A stretch of 5,349 nt of DNA from Candidatus Jordarchaeales archaeon (GTDB lineage Archaea > Asgardarchaeota > Jordiarchaeia > Jordiarchaeales > Freyrarchaeaceae). The notes below the pieces were generated by a model, which worked only from the letters and a program-made list of their open reading frames with translations, ran no database searches and had not been told where the DNA came from. This document shows, one piece after another, positions 1-5,011 of the stretch. The stretch spans positions 11,137 to 16,485 of the forward strand of contig JAWCFL010000022.1 of the NCBI GenBank assembly GCA_038858525.1. Reading direction: 5' to 3'. How positions within the stretch are numbered: position 1 is the stretch's first letter; each line of letters opens with the position of its first letter. Both the position numbers and the translations under genes were made by a program.

Positions 1-96
1 TGTGCCTACGGCTTTAAGAGGCCGCCAGCACCTGTAAGGCTAGCTGAGGCCGATAAGCTCATAGCGGAGTTCTTAGGGAACAGCTCCGAACATTAA
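1..96 (+). CDS. ino1: 3' end of probable myo-inositol-1-phosphate (inositol-3-phosphate) synthase, partial
   Basis: Frame 1 is open from the window edge to TAA at 94-96 and reads CAYGFKRPPAPVRLAEADKLIAEFLGNSSEH*. This resembles the C-terminal 'S/C-A-Y-x-x-K-x-P-P...A...(I/L)xEF(I/L)' signature of the actinobacterial/archaeal Ino1 type (recalled, not searched). Only 31 residues are visible. Confidence 0.6.
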   Translation, partial: CAYGFKRPPAPVRLAEADKLIAEFLGNSSEH

Positions 97-103
97 CATC
101 CAC

Positions 104-108
104 TTTTT
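104..108 (+). terminator. Possible oligo-T terminator between the convergent ino1-like and ubiA-like genes
   Basis: T5 run 7 nt after the stop at 96, in the 19-nt gap between convergent stops. Archaeal intrinsic terminators are oligo-U tracts. Confidence 0.3.
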
Positions 109-115
109 ATGTTAT

Positions 116-1033
116 TCATGAGGCGAGCGTGGCGAGAAGCAATATTACTCCCCAGCAGATCATCAAGTATGGCTGGACCTTTTTCTGGTAAACATAGACC
201 ACGTAGACGGGCGTCTTGGGCTGAATAAGCAGAAAGTTCAGAACTTGCATGAAGAGCAAGATTGCCACTGGAAGCCAGTCAATGTTAAAGCGCCACGCTG
301 CTACCACCGTTAGAGTAATCCCTATTAAGATAAACATGCTGGAAGCTATTCTACCCTTTTCAAGGGAACCAAGCCTCACAATGCTCGTTTTGACTCCTGC
401 ATCGCTGTCGAAGACATAGTCCCCGAGCATGTTTTGAAGCTGAAAGATACATGATATGAAGAAGAAGGCTAAGGCGTAAGCGTAAGTCATGTTGTTCGGC
501 GATCCACCTCGGAAGTAGGCTCCCAGCAGAACTAGGAGCGACCCTAGGAAGAAGCCATGGGATACCACGTCTAAAAGTGGCTTCTCTTTAAGCCTAAATG
601 GGGGTGCCGAGTAGAGTAACCCTAGTATAAGACATGCCAGCGATAACAGCGCTCCTTCCAATCCACAAGTATATGCGAAGAAGGCAGCCGAGATGATGCC
701 TATGATTGAAGAGAAGGCGATCGCCCCCTTCACGCTCACTTCCTCTGCTGCGACGAGGTTGCTGGTTTTGCCAGCCAATCTATCCTCTTCAACATCAAAT
801 ATGTTGTTCACGGCAAATGAGAACCCATTAAGGAGAACTGAAAAGAAACCTAAAACAACAAAGTTCATGAAGAACTCTGGAAGAGTGAATTCTCTTAGTG
901 TTGTGGCCCACCCTAAGATCACTAAGCTAGCCCAGCTTGCCGCGTTCCACGGCCTACAGTTAAGAAAGAGCTTCCAAATCATAATTGGGTAAGCAACAGG
1001 TGGAGGTTGTCCACTTAAAGTCTCCTCACTCAA
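116..1033 (-). CDS. UbiA-superfamily intramembrane prenyltransferase, substrate unknown
   Basis: 305-aa multi-TM hydrophobic protein with an N-terminal RP motif (CRPWN), first Asp-rich motif NNIFDVEED, the YSAPPFRLK loop and second motif NMLGDYVFD-x-x-x-G-x-x-T. The TTG start at 1033 has a GGTGAT RBS (1045-1040) 6 nt upstream. Confidence 0.9.
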   Translation of the reverse strand: MSEETLSGQPPPVAYPIMIWKLFLNCRPWNAASWASLVILGWATTLREFTLPEFFMNFVVLGFFSVLLNGFSFAVNNIFDVEEDRLAGKTSNLVAAEEVSVKGAIAFSSIIGIISAAFFAYTCGLEGALLSLACLILGLLYSAPPFRLKEKPLLDVVSHGFFLGSLLVLLGAYFRGGSPNNMTYAYALAFFFISCIFQLQNMLGDYVFDSDAGVKTSIVRLGSLEKGRIASSMFILIGITLTVVAAWRFNIDWLPVAILLFMQVLNFLLIQPKTPVYVVYVYQKKVQPYLMICWGVILLLATLAS

Positions 1034-1080
1034 ACGGTCATCACCAGTCTACTTGTTGGCGTTTATTGTTATCTTACTTA

Positions 1081-1094
1081 AATATAAACTTTCA
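1081..1094 (-). promoter_or_regulatory. Candidate BRE/TATA promoter for the ubiA-like gene
   Basis: The minus strand reads TGAAAG-TTTATATT (TATA at 1088-1081). Typical spacing puts the TSS near 1059, giving a short 5'UTR that contains the GGTGAT RBS. Confidence 0.55.
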
Positions 1095-1171
1095 GAGGGG
1101 CCTCGCTCAGGTTTGTAGCCTTCCTAAGTGAACGTTAGAGGCTTTTGATGTGCTTTAAACATAGGTTGAAT

Positions 1172-1190
1172 GATAAAATATTTTAAATAT
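1172..1190 (+). promoter_or_regulatory. Candidate BRE/TATA promoter for metV-metF-like operon
   Basis: GATAAAA-TA-TTTTAAAT at 1172-1188. The expected TSS is about 1210, upstream of the G-rich RBS (1227-1232) and the TTG at 1242. Confidence 0.5.
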
Positions 1191-1241
1191 GTTTAGTAAG
1201 TAGTTTTGTCTTTAGGTCAGTTACATTGGGGGTTTTTGGGT

Positions 1242-1886
1242 TTGATAATTACGGTGGCTAAGTCGGATGAGGAGGTAAGGCGGGCGCTTGAGCCATACCG
1301 TGACATAGTGGTCATTGGGTGTGGCACATGTGCTACCATATGCAGAACTGGCGGTGAGGATCAGGTGAAGGAGATGGTTGAAAAGCTTGTAGGGTGGGGT
1401 AAAAACGTTCTTGCTTCGATGGTCGTGGAATCCCCCTGCGACGTCAGGATAGACAAACGCGACCTCAGGAGAATCGAGGACGAGGTTGAGAAGGCTGACG
1501 CCCTTCTCGTTATGTCCTGTGGTGTGGGGGTGCAGGCTGTAGGCGAAGCCAGTGGAAAGAAGGTTTTGGCTGCTCTTGACACCGTTTTCCTTGGAGAGGT
1601 GGAGCATATAGGGCGCTTCTTGGAGAGATGCAGGGAGTGCGGGATGTGTGTTCTCAACGAAACCGAGGGACTGTGTCCCATGGTTCTATGCGCTAAGGGG
1701 CTCATGAATGGGCCATGTGAAGACATGATTAACGGAAAGTGTGGCGTCATAGAGAACGACGTCGACTGCGTGTGGGTTAAGGTTTGGGAGAGAATGAAGA
1801 ATGAGGGGAGAGAGGACGCCTTCCTCAGAGTTAACCCTCCCCTTGACAGAAGCGTCAAGGTTGGAGCAATGAAGGTTACGTGGTGA
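1242..1886 (+). CDS. metV: MetV, Fe-S/Cys-rich small subunit of MetVF-type methylenetetrahydrofolate reductase (MTHFR C-terminal-like domain protein)
   Basis: The start is moved from 1206 to TTG 1242 (MIITVAKSDEEV, matching the MIIT-x-x-K family N-terminus). Motifs GCGTCATICRTGGE, SCGVG, RCRECGMCVL and GLCPMVLCAKGLMNGPC...GKC...DCVW are present, 13 Cys in total. 214 aa, directly coupled to a metF-like gene. Confidence 0.9.
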   Translation: MIITVAKSDEEVRRALEPYRDIVVIGCGTCATICRTGGEDQVKEMVEKLVGWGKNVLASMVVESPCDVRIDKRDLRRIEDEVEKADALLVMSCGVGVQAVGEASGKKVLAALDTVFLGEVEHIGRFLERCRECGMCVLNETEGLCPMVLCAKGLMNGPCEDMINGKCGVIENDVDCVWVKVWERMKNEGREDAFLRVNPPLDRSVKVGAMKVTW

Positions 1887-2785
1887 TGGAATTGAAGCTT
1901 AAGGATTCTTTAAGGAAGGGCTTCACTCTGATTGGGCAGGTTAACTCAGCAAGAACTGTTGATGTAAACGTAGTAGTGAACGCTGTTAAATCCATGGGCA
2001 AAGTCTCCGCTGTTATAGTTTCAGAGCCTCAGGGAGTGCTGGGTGCAGCTAATACCGCTGTTGTTTCCGGCGTGGTGAAGAGGGAAACAGGGATGGAGGT
2101 CATTTGTCAACTCACGTGTAGGGACAGGAACAGGGCAGCTCTCCTTTCAGATGTGCTAGCAGCTAAAATGCTCGGCGTCGACTGTTTTCTCGTAACTGAT
2201 GGTAGTCACCCGAAGACGAGCGATATCCCTCAGGCGATGGCGGTCTTCGACTTGGACTCCGCTCAGCTAGTCCAAATGATCAAGCACCTCTCAGAAAAGG
2301 GTGAAACTCCAGCAGGCCACAAGGCTGAAGGGCAGCTTAACCTCTGCGTTGGGACCATTGCGTTCCCAGCGGCATCACCCATCGAGGTTGAAGTTAGAAG
2401 GCTGGAGAGAATGGCTAGACTTGGACTGGACTTCATGGTTACTTATCCCACCTTCAGCATAGAGGCACTGAACAGGTTCCAAAGTGAGACTAAAAGGCTT
2501 GATGTTCCAGTAATAGTCGGGATAAGAATGCTGCAAGACGTAAGAGACGCTCGGCGCCTCAACGAGGATCCACGAGTAACAGTTCCACCAGAGCTGATAG
2601 CTTCACTCGAAAAGGCTGAGACGCTGAAGGGCGAGGGAAAAGCGAATGCCTGCCTGGAGGCGAACCTCAACTTCTTTGAGGGATTCATTGAAGCAGTTAA
2701 AAGTAGCGGGTTCGCGGGTTGCAGTATACATGCCCCCGGAATAGAGCAGGCTGTAAGCCGACTAGTATCAAAACTTAAAACCTAA
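1886..2785 (+). CDS. metF: MetF-like (acetogen/MetVF-type MTHFR large subunit) protein with divergent active site
   Basis: 299 aa from ATG 1886, which overlaps the metV stop (TGATG). It keeps the subfamily motifs QLTCRDRNR, VFDLDS-x-QL, VPVIVGI and VTVP-x-E-L-I. Several catalytic positions are substituted (see findings), so the family call is firm but MTHFR activity is doubtful. Confidence 0.8.
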   Translation: MELKLKDSLRKGFTLIGQVNSARTVDVNVVVNAVKSMGKVSAVIVSEPQGVLGAANTAVVSGVVKRETGMEVICQLTCRDRNRAALLSDVLAAKMLGVDCFLVTDGSHPKTSDIPQAMAVFDLDSAQLVQMIKHLSEKGETPAGHKAEGQLNLCVGTIAFPAASPIEVEVRRLERMARLGLDFMVTYPTFSIEALNRFQSETKRLDVPVIVGIRMLQDVRDARRLNEDPRVTVPPELIASLEKAETLKGEGKANACLEANLNFFEGFIEAVKSSGFAGCSIHAPGIEQAVSRLVSKLKT

Positions 2786-2814
2786 CCTTCCTTCTTTAGC
2801 ATTTCCCCTTTTTT
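2786..2814 (+). terminator. Pyrimidine-rich/oligo-T terminator after metF-like gene
   Basis: CCTTCCTTCTTTAGCATTTCCCCTTTTTT immediately follows the stop and ends in T6 (2809-2814). Confidence 0.55.
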
Positions 2815-2851
2815 GTGAGGATTTCATGAGAAAAACTAAAAAGCCTGCTCT

Positions 2852-2865
2852 CAAGAATTATACAT
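2852..2865 (+). promoter_or_regulatory. Candidate BRE/TATA promoter for DUF47 gene
   Basis: CAAGAA-TTATACAT gives a predicted TSS near 2887, just upstream of the GGAGG at 2895-2899. Confidence 0.35.
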
Positions 2866-2906
2866 AATCTCTCATTTTTGAGAGAGCATTGATTGGAGGA
2901 TTATTT

Positions 2907-2942
2907 ATGAAGAGTGTTTTCAGGTTTCTAAGGTGGTTGTAA
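2907..2942 (+). other. Candidate upstream mini-ORF (MKSVFRFLRWL) coupled to the DUF47 gene
   Basis: GGAGG (2895-2899) lies 7 nt before ATG 2907. The stop TAA 2940-2942 overlaps the DUF47 ATG (TAATG). Confidence 0.35.
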
Positions 2943-3619
2943 TGCCTGACCTGGCCGGCTGGTTCAGAATCAGAAGAGAGGAAAAATCCATTCACCTGAT
3001 CGATGAGCACAGCAGGAAAGTGTTCAGCTGCGTTATGGAACTCGTCAATTTAGTTGACTTAGTTATGAACGAAGGAAGCCCAGAAGAGGTTTTTATCGTT
3101 GCGCGTAGGATAAATGAGATGGAGCATGAAGCTGACATTATGAGAAGAAATGTTCTCGACGTTCTCTCAGAGGGAAAGCTCGACCCATCTGAAAGAGAAG
3201 ACCTAGTGCACCTCACGAAGAGGCTTGACGCCATCGCCAATAACGCCAACGCTGCAGCCAGAAGGATCTCTATCCTTAACCTGAACTACGTCCGAATGCT
3301 AGGCGAACCCTTCACCAAAATGGTAAGTGACGCTAAAAAATGTGTGGAAAAGCTTATGGAAACCATAGACGCCCTCAAGGATGGGCATGACGTTTCATTC
3401 CTAATTGACGAGGTGGAACGCGCCGAGTTTGAAGTGGACCAGGATCACCTTGCACTAAGAAAGGCGCTCCAAGACTGGAAGCACGGCGACGTTCCGCCTT
3501 TCACAGCGATAACCCTAAGCAACCTGATAGATTTTGTCGAGGGAATAGCGGACTCCGCCGAAGACACCGCGGACTTCATAAGGCTAGTCTCCATAAAGAA
3601 ACCACAAAAACACAAATGA
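2942..3619 (+). CDS. DUF47 / PhoU-like putative phosphate transport regulator (TIGR00153-like)
   Basis: All-helical 225-aa protein with repeated acidic motifs EHEADIMRR, REDLVHLTKRLDAIA, EFEVDQ and EGIADSAEDTAD typical of DUF47. ATG 2942 is preferred over GTG 2933 because AGGTGG (2931-2936) sits 5 nt upstream. Confidence 0.85.
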   Translation: MPDLAGWFRIRREEKSIHLIDEHSRKVFSCVMELVNLVDLVMNEGSPEEVFIVARRINEMEHEADIMRRNVLDVLSEGKLDPSEREDLVHLTKRLDAIANNANAAARRISILNLNYVRMLGEPFTKMVSDAKKCVEKLMETIDALKDGHDVSFLIDEVERAEFEVDQDHLALRKALQDWKHGDVPPFTAITLSNLIDFVEGIADSAEDTADFIRLVSIKKPQKHK

Positions 3620-3900
3620 CGACTCCCAACAAATACCCTCCTCTAGATACTCTCGCTTTAAAAAATTACCGGCGTCAGCTCCCTGAAAGCTTCACTAACT
3701 CGCCATTATCGTTAAACTTTATCAGCCACTGTCTTCCTTTAAACAGTTCAGAATAGCTCCACTATGAGAAGCCCAGCTCGGAAGCCATACTTGTTCCCTG
3801 CGTGGCCGCGTATCTCCGTTTTTTAAATCATCTTGTAGGAAAGAAAAATAAAAACTCCATTTTAATTGCATTTATCCAAAGTTTCTAGTGGTGGGTCGCC

Positions 3901-4173
3901 TTGAAGGTTAGGGCAAGAGTTGTTGTGAGTGGAAGAGTTCAAGGTGTCTTCTTCAGGGATACTGCTAGGAGGGAAGCCAAGCTTAGAGGAGTAACTGGAT
4001 GGATTAAGAACCGTCCGGATGGGCGCGTGGAGGCAGTATTTGAGGGAGAAAAAGACGCTGTTGAAGCGCTTATCGATTTCTGCAGGAGGGGGCCACCCGC
4101 AGCAAGAGTAACCAACATAGAAGTCTTCTGGGAGGAATATAAAGGGGAATTCAAGGACTTCAGGATAAAATAA
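3901..4173 (+). CDS. acyP: Acylphosphatase
   Basis: 90 aa with the phosphate-binding loop [10 protein letters not shown] (catalytic Arg) and [12 protein letters not shown] (catalytic Asn), plus the C-terminal [10 protein letters not shown] start with GTGGTGGG upstream. Confidence 0.95.
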   Translation: MKVRARVVVSGRVQGVFFRDTARREAKLRGVTGWIKNRPDGRVEAVFEGEKDAVEALIDFCRRGPPAARVTNIEVFWEEYKGEFKDFRIK

Positions 4174-4179
4174 CTAGAC

Positions 4180-4701
4180 TCACCATTTTTCATAGTGTAC
4201 TACGCGCTCTAACGGTATTCTGGGCGGCATCGCTGGCGTTCTCCTAGATTTGCCTACTGGTATTATCGCCAATGGTCTCACTTCGTCTGGCAACTCAAGT
4301 ATCTCCCATACCCTCCTTTCATCGAAGGCTCCAACCCAGCATGTTGCTAGCCCCATCGCAGTCGCCGCCAGTAGAATGTTCTGCGTGGCCGCAGCGGTGT
4401 CCTGTATTACGTAAAGGTTCGCTCCTCGAGACCCATAATGAGCCGCCGTCCTCGGAACATTGGCGCACACAACTATTACTACAGGTGCTTCCGCTACGAA
4501 CCTCTGCCCAAGAGCAGCATTTGACAAAGCCTCCTTACGCTTCTTATCCCTCACAATCACAAACTCCCACGGCTGACAGTTCCCAGCTGAAGGGGCGAGT
4601 ATCGCCGCCTCCAGCAGTCTTCTTACCTCCCCGTCGGAAACATCCTCGTCAAGGTAACTTCGGACACTCCTTCTTGTCCTAACAACCTCGAAGAAATCCA
4701 C
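4180..4701 (-). CDS. Nitroreductase-family FMN-dependent oxidoreductase (NADH oxidase-like)
   Basis: 173 aa with RRSVRSY, APSAGNCQPWEF, QNILLAATAMGLATCWVGAF and R-x-P-L-E-x-V-V motifs. GTG start with a perfect GGAGGTG RBS (4715-4709) 7 nt upstream. Confidence 0.93.
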   Translation of the reverse strand: MDFFEVVRTRRSVRSYLDEDVSDGEVRRLLEAAILAPSAGNCQPWEFVIVRDKKRKEALSNAALGQRFVAEAPVVIVVCANVPRTAAHYGSRGANLYVIQDTAAATQNILLAATAMGLATCWVGAFDERRVWEILELPDEVRPLAIIPVGKSRRTPAMPPRIPLERVVHYEKW

Positions 4702-4934
4702 CCAACACCACCTCCTCCAATCAACATCACACGTTAATGTTCTTCAACGTCCACAACGAAGAAAACCAACGTCAACCCTAAACTACTCTTCTAATCCTTT
4801 TAGCTCTTTCCAAAAGACGAATCACAGACAAAACTTTAAGATGTTGAATCTTTCCTGTCGGTTTAATTCAATGTTATACACGCCTGAACGCGGGTGGGCT
4901 TTCACTTTATAGCGTCGCCCGGCAAAAGAGCTAT

Positions 4935-4997
4935 ATGTGCTTTCTGGGCTTGGAAAAGTTGCTGGTTTGCGTGCTGGCGGCTTTTCTTGTGCGTTGA
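4935..4997 (+). other. Candidate leaderless hydrophobic mini-ORF (MCFLGLEKLLVCVLAAFLVR)
   Basis: The ATG lies 29 nt downstream of the first T of TTTATA (4906-4911), and the stop abuts the RBS of the OsmC-family gene. There is no homology evidence. Confidence 0.2.
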
Positions 4998-5011
4998 AGG
5001 GGTGGGCTGTT

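Noticed and set aside
693-992. 99-aa + strand ORF
   Set aside because: Antisense shadow of the UbiA-family gene, with no recognisable motif or RBS.
1206-1241. Extended N-terminus of metV given by the ORF track (MSLGQLHWGFLG)
   Set aside because: It overlaps the predicted TSS/5'UTR; the family-like N-terminus and RBS support TTG 1242.
1221-1858. 128-aa (1221-1607) and 165-aa (1361-1858) minus-strand ORFs
   Set aside because: Both lie antisense within metV and have Ser/Pro/Thr/His-rich shadow composition with no family features.
2443-2688. 81-aa minus-strand ORF
   Set aside because: Antisense shadow of the metF-like gene.
2826-2867. Mini-ORF MRKTKKPALKNYT* with GTGAGG upstream
   Set aside because: It lies just after the terminator tract and across the predicted promoter, its RBS is weaker, and it is not coupled to anything; likely chance in A-rich DNA.
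2992-3249. 85-aa minus-strand ORF
   Set aside because: Antisense shadow of the DUF47 gene.
3576-3629. Minus-strand 17-aa hydrophobic mini-ORF (MGVVICVFVVSLWRLAL) with GGAGG upstream, antisense to the DUF47 3' end
   Set aside because: Its hydrophobicity follows from being the complement of the A/C-rich Lys/His/Gln codons of the DUF47 tail, and no promoter is evident; a toxin-like interpretation is unsupported.
3939-4193. 84-aa minus-strand ORF
   Set aside because: Antisense shadow of acyP.
4272-4682. 136-aa + strand ORF
   Set aside because: Antisense shadow of the nitroreductase gene, with Pro/Ser/Gln-rich non-family composition.
4699-4718. GG-repeat run (GGAGGAGGTGGTGTTGGGTG on minus strand) as a possible two-tier G-quadruplex
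   Set aside because: Fully explained as an extended Shine-Dalgarno sequence plus the GTG start; two-tier G4s are weak.
4734-4775. Minus-strand mini-ORF MTLVFFVVDVEEH* upstream of the nitroreductase
   Set aside because: Only 13 aa, with a poor RBS and no coupling to the downstream start.
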